A stretch of DNA of 64,000 nucleotides from Selaginella moellendorffii (Eukaryota > Plantae > Lycopodiophyta). Position numbers and translations under genes: made by a program. Each line of letters starts with the position of its first letter. Within the stretch, counting starts at the first letter, position 1. The DNA lies in contig NW_003314277.1 of assembly GCF_000143415.4 (NCBI RefSeq), positions 1,749,185 through 1,813,184 on the forward strand, read 5' to 3'. The notes under the pieces were generated by a model. The model worked only from the letters and a program-made list of their open reading frames with translations. It had not been told where the DNA came from and made no database searches. Of this stretch, positions 47,340 to 59,980 are shown piece by piece.

Positions 47340-48290
47340 ACTTATAGAGCACTTGAATTTAGAGCCGAACTCCAAGCCTGTTGTGCTACAAAACGAGGGT
47401 CTGATACAATCCCATGAGCATCAACTCCTCACATCCAACACTTGCACAAAATGGTGTTAGATGGCATCTAGCACAATTTTGGTATACTAGTGGCCTAACA
47501 CGAGGAGGAGGGTACCTCATCGACTAGAGTAGCATGGAGTTTGGGCTTAGACCCAAGCTAGATGCAGAACAAGAAACGATACAGCCTAGCAGGAGCCAAA
47601 TTAATGTTTCAGGTGGTTGAATATGCATTCCAACCACTATCCCTACTATATATTTGGAACCCCTTACAGTGCCCCCCCGCCCCCCCCCCCCCTCTCCCCC
47701 GCTCTTGAGGAACACATGCTTTGGGCTTTCACCCCAAACCTCCCTTAGTACTAGAAGTTAGTCTTTGGGACAAGCTCGAAACTTATTAAATATGGAATGT
47801 CTTTAGATTGCGAATTTAGATATAAGATGAACACCATTGTGTTCAAGACAATTTTTACACTCTGTAGATATGCCAAATGAGCAAATCTAGACACTTTCCA
47901 TAAATAGCATTTAGCCCAAAATGAGACTAACCCAAAGGGCATGATAGTGAGGGTGTTTAGCAGACATGGTAAACTATCATTTAACGAATATTAAGGGACT
48001 AATCTCAATATTATGGGGGTTCCTAACACTAGCAAGTACAAGCCAACAACATGAGTTTCTCGTCACCATATCAAGTATGCTTGACTTAATGACAACTTAA
48101 GATTTCCTTCCTTAGCGCCCTTTTGGTCTAAGTGCACATGTGTTGACTAGTTTTTCAACTAGCTTGGGTGGAGACCATAAAAGGCAACTAGCAATACCGA
48201 CCTCCTATTGTCATGGCAGTAAGGAAAGAGTGTCTATAAGGATTGGCCGACAAATATCTTTCAATACCTAAAGTCACATTTGCGACTACA
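47340..48290 (-). mobile_element. Solo-LTR-like repeat; inverted partner of 48440-49395
   Basis: Reverse-complement similarity to 48440-49395; contains the poly-C + GCTTTGGGCTTTCACCC block found in other LTRs of the window. Confidence 0.6.
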
Positions 48291-48439
48291 AAGATTTAGT
48301 CTAGTATCTAATATTCACTCAAACAATAGAATGCAACACAAATGCCACATCCCATCAATAAAGATTTATAACACTTAACACCATCAATTTTAAACTCAAA
48401 GTTAATCTAACACTAAGCAATTCAAATGTCAAGAATATG

Positions 48440-49395
48440 ACTTTAGGTATCAAAAGATATTTGTCAACCAATCCTTATGGACATTCTCTTTTTACTTCTA
48501 TGATGACAGAAGATTAGTACATCTAGTTCCTTTTATAGTTCCCATTTGAGCTAGTTGAGAAACTAGTTAATACATATGTATTTAGATTAGATAAACATAA
48601 GGTAGGAACCCTTATATATTTTTTGTTGAGCATACTTATTTTGGTTTGAGAAACTCATGTTATTTTGCACTTGTTAGTATCAAGAACTCCTACAATATTG
48701 AGCTTTATCCCTCAATTGTTATGTGATAACTTATAGTGTTTGCCAGACACCCTTACTATCATGCCCCATGTGTTGGTCCCATTTGATTCCATATATTATT
48801 TATAATAAGTATCTAGATCTGTTCAAGAGGTATATTTATGGAATGTAAAAAGTGTCTTGAATACTATAGTGTTATTTCTGTGTCCCAATTTGCAATCTAG
48901 CATCATTCCATATTTAGTAAGCTTTTAAGCTTATCCTAGAGATTAACTCTTAGAATTGGGGTGAAAGCCTAAAATATGTGTTTCTTAGAGGGGGTTATGG
49001 GGAGTTCCAAATATAATATGTATAGTAGGGATAGTGGTTGGAAGCACAATTGACCATATTAGATATTAGTTTGGTTTCCACTAGGCTGTGTCACTTTTTG
49101 CTTTACATTTGGCTTGGGTTTAATTAGTTTAGCTTCTATTGGGCTCTATCACTCTTTATTCTGCATCTGGTTTGGGTTTAAGCCTAAATTCCATATTGCT
49201 CTAGTCTGTGAGGTATCTTCTTCTTCGCGTTAGGCCATTGTATGCTGAAATTATACTAGACTTTGTCTAACACTATTTTGTATGTAAGAGCTAGATACAG
49301 GGAGCTAGTGCTCATAGAGGATATTGAGTGCATACTAAACTTTCACTTCATAGCACAATGGGTTTGAAGCTCATTTCCAAATTCACGTGTCCTAC
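48440..49395 (+). mobile_element. LTR-like repeat ending ..GTCCTACA
   Basis: Inverted copy of 47340-48290; GGGTGAAAGCC..TTCCAAA..TATAGTAGGGATAGT block; followed by a decayed PBS-like TTTGATATTAAAG. Confidence 0.6.
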
Positions 49396-49419
49396 ATTTG
49401 ATATTAAAGGAATTGTTTC

Positions 49420-50280
49420 TTGAGCTTCTTGACAAAAGTCATATCTAACTAAGTGAGTTAACTTATGGAGTGTTAGTCCTTTTTGTTATGAAAAAGGATG
49501 GTACTATGAGGATATGTATTGATTATTGAGCTCTCAACAAGATCACAGTCAGAAACAAGTATCCTCTTACATTGATGACTTGTTTGATCAACTTTTAAAG
49601 GCTAAATATTTTACATGACTTGATTTGTAGTCCAATATCATCAGATACGAGTGGTAGATCAAAATGTGGAGAAGACAATCTTTAAGACTCATTATGGGTT
49701 TTGTGAATTCCTCGTTATGCCATTCGGGTTATTAATGCCCCAGCTATGTTTAGTACAATGATGGATAGAATATTTGGAGATTATTTGGGCACATTTATTA
49801 TTCTATATATTAACAATGTTCTAGTCTTCAATGAAGTGATGGAAGATCATTTAAAAAAATTAGAGTTTATGTTTCAAAAGTTGCAAGAGAACAAATTATA
49901 TGCTAAGGAGAGTAAATGCATTTTTGATCAATTGCATGTGAATTTCCTTGGGCATATAGTTGGTGGTGGTGTATTCGAGGTGGATCCAAAGAAAGTGGAA
50001 GTGGTGAAGTCCTAGGAAGTCCTAACCACTATATTAAATGTTTGTTTCTTTATCAAATTTGTTTACAATTTTGCAAATATTGCTCTTTTGTTAACTAAGT
50101 TAATGAAGGGTAGTATATCGTTTCATTAGACACTAGCTTATCAACATGATTTTGTATGATTGAAAGAGATTTTGACTACAATTCTTATTCTTAAGATTCC
50201 AAATCTTGATAAACCCTTTAAAATGCATTATGATGCATCTAGCTATGCCATAAGTGCCGTGTTACAGCAAAATTGTGATA
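49420..50280 (+). mobile_element. Ty3/gypsy RT/RNase H remnant
   Basis: LFVMKKDGTMRICIDY*ALNKIT, YINNVLVF, KLYAKESKCIF and YDASSYAISAVLQQ, with stops and frameshifts. Confidence 0.85.
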
Positions 50281-50299
50281 ATACAGTTAGTGTTACACT

Positions 50300-52330
50300 A
50301 ACGCAATGTAGTTTATAAGCAACTAGAGAACGACTTGAGAGACGATTCATGGAGTTTAAATATAGAAGGAAAGGGCTCATAAATAATAATGCACCCCTTT
50401 TTCCATTTGATTAAGGGTTTTAGGATACTTGGGGTTAAGTGTCCTTGGGTTTGAATAGTACTGGGTTGAGTAACCTCTTAAAAAGTCCAAATTCATGAGT
50501 TTATAATTTGGTATCAAAACCTTTTTCTTAATTCTAGTGAAAGTTAGAGGCGGATTGCTAGGAGATGGCTAAGGTAGGGCATAAGCAAAATAAGGCACAC
50601 ACAAAACCTCCTCCAAAGATAGAGCCTTTAGTTGAACAAAAAGTTATGGATGAAGAATTTTTGCATGAAGAGGACTCCAATGAGAAAACTTCCAAATAGG
50701 AGTCTGGTGGTGAGGTTTAGTTGTCCAAGGCTCAATTAGACTCTTTAGAAGGACAATTGATACAGACCAATGCCTTACTAAAGACCTTCATAAGTAAGTT
50801 AAAGTGTGATGAGGGAAGAAAAAGTAAAAGACTGCAGATGCTAGTAATGTAGAAGGCATGGACCCTTTGGCGGGGACTGAGGCTAAACTAAACAAGATCG
50901 AAAAAACCAAAGTAGAATTAATCCCTTAAGCAGTTCCCAAGTACAAACTAAAGCCCCCATCGATCTTCAAGGGAGTGAATGATTATAAGGTGAGGATTGG
51001 TTTTACAATATGGAAGATTTTTTTAAGCGTTGCAATTATTGAGCTAAGAAAAGATCCCATATGCAAGACCATACTTGTCAGATAGAAGAGAACAATAAAG
51101 GCCAACAAAGGACCAGTGGCCACTTAGGAAGTGATGAAGCCAACGATCTGCGCAACTTATATTCCTTAAAATGCTACTCTATATCTAAGTAATGAGCTAA
51201 ATAAGTTAAAGCAAACAAGAACCATTCAAGAGTATGTGAATGTGTTTATGGCCAAGAGAATCCTTATAATAGCATAGATACATTCTATGCCTTCATATTA
51301 GACTTACAATCTTGGGCTTGACATGAAATAATGCGTTGGAACCCTACCAACTACAAGGAAGCATTTGATATAGTTATTAAGGTGTATTTTAATGATAACT
51401 TACGAAAAGGGAACACAATAAGGTTGGGATCCACATTTAGCAAAGAAGCCAAACCAAGAGGGACATATGGCAAAAGGAAATTTAGAAAGAGTTCCTTTAA
51501 GAATGAGTCTTTAGGGTTTCGGAAAGGCAGATTTAGTGGTTAAAAAGTAAGTATATGGGGGAGTCAAGTGAAAAGAAATAAACCCACTGATAAGAAAATG
51601 AAGTCTACTAGTAGCATGGGAAACAACATATGTTACAATTATGGTGAAGTAGAACACTTTTAGAGAAAATGTCCTTATTCGAAGAAGGCTAGAATCAATA
51701 TGGCCATTAAGTCGAGTGAAGTCCAAACTAAGGTATGTAATCTAGTCTTAAGCTCAAAATTACTCATTACACGAGCAACTTTGATAAAGAGTTGTTCACA
51801 ACATCTACTAGCCCTTTGAAAGAAGCTCAGAGGTAGATTTGTTAAAAGTTTTATTGACATAAGTGCTTCGGATAATTATGTGGCTGCAAATATAATATGG
51901 CAAGATGAACTAACAATGCAACAGCTGGGTGAACCAAAGACCATAGAGTTTGTTTAAAGTAGCCAAAACACTGATGAGGTACTTAAGTCGAAGTAGGGAC
52001 ATAGAAATTGGATATGGATTTCATTGTTTTAGACATGGAAAGATTTGATGTATCTTTAGAATGAATTGGTTCAATTGGTTTGTAATAGCTTTGCATGGAT
52101 AAGATAGGAATCTAGTGGTATTGGCAAATGCCCGAGAAAAACGATTTAGAGTGGAAACACAAAATTTAAAGGTAAGGCAATATAAGGCTAAATTGAACCC
52201 AATGTCCATGAGAGAATAACTCACTAGAGGGACTAAAGCTTGGGATTTAAAGGGTCCTATGATCAAGTCTTGTTGTACCAAATGATGTTAAGAACCTAGA
52301 AGTTTGGTGTGCTTGGCTACTTTGTAAGCG
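50300..52330 (+). mobile_element. Degraded gag-protease copy of the chromovirus family at 53892-60787
   Basis: PBS TGGTATCAAA at ~50509; 50520-52220 colinear with 54510-56240; heavy transition decay. Confidence 0.85.
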
Positions 52331-52719
52331 ATTAAATTTTCCATTCTACTTTAATCACTTAAACATATTTTCAACCATTTGGAGGTATCTCACTCATAAC
52401 TTCTATAAAATTTATTTTCGACTTGGGGCATGCTAACCTTGTGAATGGCATTTATGCCACTTAGTCTTTGCTTAATGCTCCACGTGTCCAATCCCACTAT
52501 AGACACCCAAAGGTACCATTAATACATTAGCCTATTATACTAAAACTATATCCATTCATCTTTGTCTTATTGGTACACCCATACCATAGACCCATTTCCT
52601 ATGTGGTCATCCCTCAACCACACCTTAGCATAATGGACCACTATTGAGAATCCAGTCAAAGCTACTACAATGCTACTACGTGCAAGTAGATTAGCTTCCA
52701 CTCCAACCACAATAGTGTT

Positions 52720-53686
52720 TGCTAACACCACCACTAAGTTAGGGCCTGAAGGCCCGACCATTAAGTCTTATTGACATTTAGAACTTCCTCACCACATGAC
52801 TATGCCTTTTGTCACTATGCAAGAGGACTATTCCTCTTCCTTTCCATAGTCTGGGACTTTGGGATAATATTTCAAAACACTATAACCCTATATGAAGCTT
52901 GTGGGTACTCTCCCCACCTTTCGCCTTTGGGTGCCCTAGCCATATGGTTAGAGTGAAGTTCCGATGAGACACACTAGATATCAAAGTAGGTAGTGCCACC
53001 CACATTTGGATTGGGAGCATCGACTATTCAATCTCCCAGGGGAGCTAGAATTGGCTCTTGAACACTTTACCAAGTTACCCCACTTATCTGTTTGTGTTCA
53101 CTCTAACTTTGGACTCCTCAATTGTTATATCATCACTCACCACATGAATATAGCCTTCCTTGGTCACACTAGACTTTCCAAGCAAATTAATTCCACTAAA
53201 GTCCTCCTTTCTACTATCCTTTTGGAGCTCACCAAACCCCCTAGGCTCTGGGAGATGATTGCTTTGGGCTTTTACCCTTAGACTCGGATTTAGACTTGGA
53301 CTTGAAGTTGGACTTGGACTCGGTTTCGGACTTAGTCTCAGTTTTAGTCTTGATCTCGGTCTCGATTTCAATCTCGGTCTCGGTCTCAGTCTTAGTCTCA
53401 GTCTCGGTCTTGGTCTTGGTCTCAGTCTTGATCTTGGTCTTAGTCTCAGCTTTAAACTCAAACTTGATCTTGGTTTCCATCTTGGACTCAACCTCGGGCT
53501 CCATCTCGGACTCCATCTCAGGTCCATCTCAAACTCCTTCTTGGACTCCATCTCGAACTCCATCAAGTGTCCATCTTAGATTCCAACTTGGACTCCATTT
53601 CGGACTCCTTTGTAAGCGACTAATTTTTCCATTTTACTTTAGTCACTGAACCACACCTCCGACCACTTGGGGGAATCTTACTCACA
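52720..53686 (-). mobile_element. LTR of a gypsy-like family (minus strand) with hexamer array
   Basis: Starts TGTGAG at 53686 after a purine-rich tract; 52728-53300 colinear with 60790-61390; (GTCTCG/GACTCG)-type array at 53280-53610. Confidence 0.7.
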
Positions 53687-53791
53687 ACCTCCATAAGTCC
53701 TATTCCGGACTTGGAGCTTGCTACCCCCGAGAATGGCATCCATGCCACTCAACCTTTGCACTTGGTCCAAGTGCTCCACGCGTCCGATCCC

Positions 53792-53891
53792 NNNNNNNNN
53801 NNNNNNNNNNNNNNNNNNNNNNNNNNNNNNNNNNNNNNNNNNNNNNNNNNNNNNNNNNNNNNNNNNNNNNNNNNNNNNNNNNNNNNNNNNN
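53792..53891. other. Assembly gap (100 N)
   Basis: Run of n characters. Confidence 1.
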
Positions 53892-56800
53892 AGTGAGCAT
53901 GGACTCGGGTGGTGCCAGAGGGGTGAAGTGCTCAAGAGCAGCTCCCACTCCTGAAAGGGAAACCGAATGCAGTGCTCCTGGCTCATGTGGAGTGGTGCCC
54001 CACTTGAGTACTTTCTGGTTCATTGGTCCTCGCCCTTCTTAGGGGCTTGGACCTTCCCTTCGGGATGGAAGTGGGGGGGTAGAGGTACTCATACTGGGCC
54101 ATTAGGCCACGGTGTTTCGTCCCGGCGTCCTGAAGCATGTGTTGCACCCAAGATTTGGGATTTAGAGGGTCCCATGATCAAATCTTGTGGTACCAAGGGA
54201 GGTTAGGAACCTGGAGGCTTGGTGTGCTTGGCTGCTTGTGCTTGCAGGGAGTGTAGCTGAACCTTAAGTCCAGTCTAACCCGAGGAGGGGGATTGGGAGA
54301 GATTTGGGAATCTGTGGATGGATGGCTAACACTTCATTACTCGTGCAGTGAGTAGCTGAAACCAAGTAGGACCAAGTAGGGGCTAGTACCATAGGCGGGA
54401 ACCTTAACAAGGAACTTAGCTAAAGCCAAGGCAGTGTTGATTAGATAGACGAGGTAAGCTGGCAAATTGAAAAGGAAAAATTTGTGGCTTACATTTTGGT
54501 ATTGGAGCATTTTTCTCAGTTCTAGCGAAAGATAGAGGTGGATTGCTGGGAGATGGCAAAGGCAAGGCGTAAATGAACCAAGGTGGAGACAGAACCTCTG
54601 CTAGAGCTGGAGCCTCTGGTTGAACAAGAGGCTATGGATGAGGAATCCTTACATGAGGAGGACTTCAGTGAGGAAACTTCCAAACAAGAGTCTGGTGGCA
54701 AGGTTCGGTCGTCCAAGGCTCGATTGGACATTCTAGAAGGACAATTGGCACAGACCAATGCCCTGCTGGAGACTCTCGTACGCAAGCTAAAGCGTGATGA
54801 GCAACGGAAGAAAAAGCAAAAGACTGCGGATGCTGGTAGCGTAGAAGATGCGGACCTTTCGGTAGGGACTGAGGCAGAACCAAACAAGGTCGAACAAACC
54901 GAAGTGGAATCAGTCCCTCAAGCAGTTCCAAAGTACAAATCAAAGCCCTCACCGGTCTTCAAGGGAGTGAATGACTATAAGGTGGTGGAGGATTTGTTTT
55001 ACGATATAGAGGACTACTTTCGAGCATTATAGTTACCGAGCTCGGAGAAGGTCCCATGTGCAAAACCATACTTGGCAGATAATGCCAAGTCTTGGTGGAG
55101 AATGACAGAGGCCAATGAAGGACTGGTGGCCACTTGGGAAATGATGAAGGCGAGGATCCGGCTCATCCCTTAGGTGCAGAGTAGCATTTAGAGGAACGTG
55201 AGTAGGCTGAAGCAAATCGGAACCATTCAAGAGTATGTGAATGGGTTTATGGCAAAGAGGATATTGGTCACGGATATGGGTGATATGGATGCATTCCATG
55301 CCTTCATATCAGGGTTGCGGTGAGGTGATGCATTGGAACCCGATCAACTACAAGGAAGCATTGGATGCGGCTATCAAGGTGCATTTCAACAATAACTTGT
55401 GAAAGGGGAACACGACGGGGTCAGGGTCCACGTTTAGCAAAGGGGCCAAACCAAGGGGAACATATAGCAAAGGGAAATTCAAGAAAAGTTTTTCTAAGAA
55501 TGAGTCCTCGGGATTCCGGAAAGGCAGATCCAATGTCCAGCGAGCGAGTACGTGGGGGAGCCAAGCAAAAAGAGACAAACCCATGGATAAGAAGGGCAAG
55601 TTGGCTAGCAGCATGGGGAACAACGTATGCTACAACTGCGGTGAAGCGGGACACTTCTCAAGGGAATGTCCCTACCCGAAAAAGGCTAGAGCTAATATGG
55701 CCATTAAATCGGGTGAAGTCCAAACTGAGGTATGTGATCCGGTCCCTAGCTCAAAATTACTCATTACACAAGCAACTTTGGTAGAGAGTCGTTCGAGACA
55801 TCTACTAGCATTCCGAGGGAAGCTCGGAGGTAGCTTTGTTAAGATCCTTATTGACACGGGTGTTTCGGATAATTTTGTGGCTATAGACATAGTCCGGCAA
55901 GCCAGACTAACGGTGCAGCAGTTGGGTGAACTAAGGACTATAGAGTTTGTTCAAGGTAGCCAAAGCACCGATGAGGTACTTCGACAAGCGAGAGTTGAAG
56001 TAGGGACATAGAAAGTAGACATGGATTTCATCATGTTGGACATGGCGGGATTTAACATAATCTTCGGGATGGATTGGTTCAATCGGTTTGTGGTAGCCCT
56101 GCATGGATAAGGTAGGAACCTTGTGGTACTAGCAAATGCCCAAGGAAGAAGATCCAGGGTGGAGGCCTAGGATCTAAAGTAGGGCAATGCAAGGCCAAAG
56201 ATTCTTGCCTAAACTTGGTGTTCATGAAAGGACAATTCACTAAAGGAACCAAGGTAGCATTTTTGTGCTTACTCTCGGCGAAGAGTGACAAAAAGACGGG
56301 AATGGAAGAAGTACCTTTAGTGATCCAGCGGGTGTTGGACCAATTCCAGGATACCATGCCGGAGGAGCTACCAGTGAGGTTGCCCCCCGCATGACCGATA
56401 GAACATAAGATTGAGTTGGTCGAGAGTGCTGAGGCAGTGGTTCGTCCCCCTATTGTTTGAACGAAAAGGAACTCGAGGAGCTCAAGGGCCAACTAGAGGA
56501 GTTGGTGGAAAAAGGGTATGTTAGGTTGAGCAAGTCGCCGTATGGGGCGTTAGTGTTATTTGTGAAAAAGAAAGATGGATCTATGCGCATGTGCATAAAC
56601 TATCGATTGCTCAACAAGTATACAAAGAAGAACAAATACCCTTTGCCAAGGATTAAGGACCTGTTTGATAGATTGGGAAAGGCAAAATACTTATCGAGGA
56701 TTGACTTAAGGTCAGGATACTACCAGATCAGGGTAGCAAAGGAAGATGTCGAGAAGACAACCTGTCAAACAAGGTATGGGAGCTTTGAGTTTCTGATGAT

Positions 56801-58401
56801 GCCCTTCGAGCTATGCAATGCGCCGGCAACATTTTTGGCATTGATGAACCACATCTTTGTACTTTATCTGGATCACTTTATTGTCGTCTATATTGATGAC
56901 ATCCTGATCTATAGCGAAACGCTAGAGGAGCATGCCAAACACTTGACGAAGGTGTTTGAGAAACTAAGGGAGCACCAGTTGTATGCTAAATAGAGCAAAT
57001 GTGACTTTGCTCAATAAGAGGTAAAGTTTCTCAGGCATGTGGTGGGCAAGGACGGGCTCAAGGTGGACCCCAAGAAGGTCCAAGCGATCCAAGATTGGGA
57101 GCGACCATCGAATGTACACGAGTTAAGGGCATTCTTGGGGCTATGCAATTACTATCGAAAGTTTATCAAACACTATTCGAGAGTAGCCCTACCCTTAATA
57201 GACCAAACAGGAAAAGGGAAGATGGTATGAACAGCGGAATGCGAGGCGGCATTTGTCCACCTCAAAGAGAAGTTGAGGAAGGCTCCCGTGTTGGCGTTAC
57301 CAGACTTTGGTAAGGACTTTGAGGTAGAAACGGATGCTTCAGACTTTGTATTGGGCGCAATTTTGAAGCAAGACAACCATCCAGTAGCATTCTTCTCGAA
57401 GAAGTTGGACAAGGTTCAAAGGAAGTGGCTTGCCCACGAGAAGGAATTGTTTGCAGTGGTCAAGGTCCTCAAGGAGTGGCGACACTACCTTGGGAGACAC
57501 TCTAAGGTTTACATGGACAATGTGGCAACGAAACACTTCTTGTCACAGCCCGACCTGAGAGGGAAACATGGTCGGTGGGCCAATGCTTTGGCCGAGTTTG
57601 ATTGTGAGATTCTATACAAGCCTGGGAAGAGCAACATCGTGGCGGATGTGCTAAGTCGACAAGCGAGCTTGAAGTTGGTGATATCCAGCTCGACAACAAC
57701 CTTTTGGGATGATGTGCGGACAGCATATGAGAACAATGGTCTAGCACAAGAAGTGTTGCTGAGGAATCTAGAGGCACGGGAAGCTCACCAAAGAGGTGAG
57801 CTGCCAACGGAAGAGAAAATAGGCTATGCGGAATGCAACGAACTCATTTATTACAAGCAAACAAGGGTGTATGTTCCAAAAGGGGGACTAAGGAAGGTAG
57901 CCTTAGAAGAGTGTCATGACGGACCTCTTGCAAGACACGGCAAAGTGCCCAAGACGATGGGCTTACTCAAGAGGAAGTACCACTGGCCAGATATGGCTAA
58001 GGACATCCAAGATTATGTAAAGACATGTCCAACATGTCAGCAGGTCAAAGTCGTGATTAAGGCTAGTGGGGGCTTGTTACAAAGCATCCCAATTCCAGAT
58101 CCTCCGTGGAAATGTCTTACAATGGATTTCATCACGGGACTCCCCCCAAGTGAGGGGTTTGATGTGATATTCGTGGTGGTGGACTGATTTTCTAAAATGG
58201 CACATTTCATACCCACCACAACAGAAGTGGATGTAGAAGGTGTGGCGAAGCTGTTCTTTGAACAAGTGGTTCGAGTGCGGGGAAGGCTAGAGGAGATCAT
58301 CTCAGACCAAGATAAGATCTTCACCAACAGGTTTTGGAAAACTCTCCTGGAACAGTATCGCACCAAGTTGAAATTCAGCATAGCTTATCACCCATAGACA
58401 G

Positions 58402-58448
58402 GTATTGGGTATTAAGTCAAGTTTGATGGCACTAACACTTCTTGACAG
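58402..58448 (+). other. Predicted spliceosomal intron 1 in chromovirus integrase (47 bp)
   Basis: GTATTG...CACTAAC...TTGACAG; removal restores the integrase motif AYHP(*)TDGQTERVN. Confidence 0.75.
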
Positions 58449-58866
58449 ACGGACAAACAGAAAGGGTGAATAGGCAGCTGGAGGATTATTTGCAATACTA
58501 TGTCTCGGGAGACCAGATTGATTGGGTAAGTCATTTGGGACTTGCGGAAATGTGTTATAACAACTCACCATATTCAAGTATCGGGGTGAGTCCATGGGAA
58601 GTCATCAATGGGCGAGCTATTGAAGGTCCTGTGGAACTCGGCGTAGTTGAGTATCATGGAGAGCTACCCGCAGTGGAGGCATTCACGGTGGAAAAACTCA
58701 ACATTTGGAATCTAGTGAGGGATTCCTTAGAATGGGCTCAATAAAGGCAAACCAAATATGCAAACCAGAAGTGTCGGGACGTAGAGTTCCAACCTGAGGA
58801 GAAGGTGTGGTTGAACACCAAGAACCTAAGATTACCAAGTGGGATCAGCCGGAAGTTGACCCAAAG

Positions 58867-58917
58867 GTAAGGTGCATGTATTCCTGGAAATGAACTGATC
58901 TTGAGTTCCTTAAGCAG
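58867..58917 (+). other. Predicted spliceosomal intron 2 in chromovirus integrase (51 bp)
   Basis: AG|GTAAGG...CTGAT...AAGCAG|G; removal restores KLTQRFTGLYKI (GPY/F module) and removes an in-frame TAA. Confidence 0.8.
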
Positions 58918-59784
58918 GTTCACGGGGCTTTACAAGATTGAGGCACGAATTGGTAAAGTGGCTTACCACCTCTAACTTCCTTGAGAGATGGGGAAGATGC
59001 ACCTAGTGTTCCATGTGAACCTACTCAAGCCGTACTTTGAGGATCCGCTTCGCAAGGACCAAGTGAGACCTTTACCTGAGGTTATCCAAGGGGAAGAGGA
59101 ATATGAAGTGGAGGCCATCCTCAATGTGCGCAAGAGCAAGTGACAAGGACATGAGTTGAGAGAGTTCCATGTGAAGTGGAAAGGATTTCCACACTACGAA
59201 GCAACATAGGAACCGGAGGAAAACCTAACGAACACGCAAGGTCTAGTGGAGGAATTTTTGCAATGCAGAATTCTATGTACTTATGCAAAGTTCAATTAAA
59301 AGCATCTATTTGTGAAGTTGAGCAATGGCATATGTTGGGACCCGAAGGCGCGCTGAAGGTAAGTTAATTAGCATGGGTTAGCTAGGTCGACCAGGCGTAG
59401 AGAACTATGCTCAACTCCCCACCGAGATGTCAAATCCGTAGACGTATTCTACGGAGGTTGGGTTCGAGTCCCAACCCCTTAGTAAAGCAAGGCTGGGTTC
59501 AAGTCCCATCCCCATACTAGGGCGTGGTGGGGTGAGGGGTATAGGGACACCTATATTCCATTGTTATGGGCTCTTGGCTGGGGAGGCTAATTTAGGCACA
59601 CCGCTAAGTGGGGGGATGCCCTCGGAAACATGGTCAACAAGTCGTAGGATTAAAAAGAGACATTTGATGTGGGCATCGAACTTCTTTTATGGGTGGTGGA
59701 GTTGTAAGGAACCAACTCCCCGAGGTGTCGTAGGCTAAAGAATCCCCGAAAGCATGACCAAAATGACAAAGAGTTCATCGGATG

Positions 59785-59980
59785 GGACCGAATCTGAGAT
59801 CGAGTCCAAGACCGACTCTGAGACCGAGTTCGAGATAGAGTCCGAGATCGAGTCCGAGGCCGACTCGGAGACTGAGTTTGAGGCCGAGTTTGAGACCAAG
59901 TTCAAGACAGAGTTCGAGACCGAATCCGAAGTCGGATCTGAAATCGAGTCCGAGATCGAGCCAGAGACTAAGTCCAAATA
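59785..59980 (+). repeat. Degenerate hexamer tandem array (GAGACC/GAGTCC/GAGATC) in the 3' LTR U3
   Basis: Visible 6-bp periodicity that yields ETE/ESE pseudo-ORFs. Confidence 0.85.

Noticed and set aside
53084-53649. RPRP/ETET/LGLG low-complexity ORFs (also 59735-60144 and 61231-61781)
   Set aside because: They are translations of stop-free hexamer arrays inside LTRs.
59359-59394. GTAAGT..CAG candidate intron in the chromovirus 3' UTR
   Set aside because: Only ~36 bp, with no coding frame to test it against; too weak to call.
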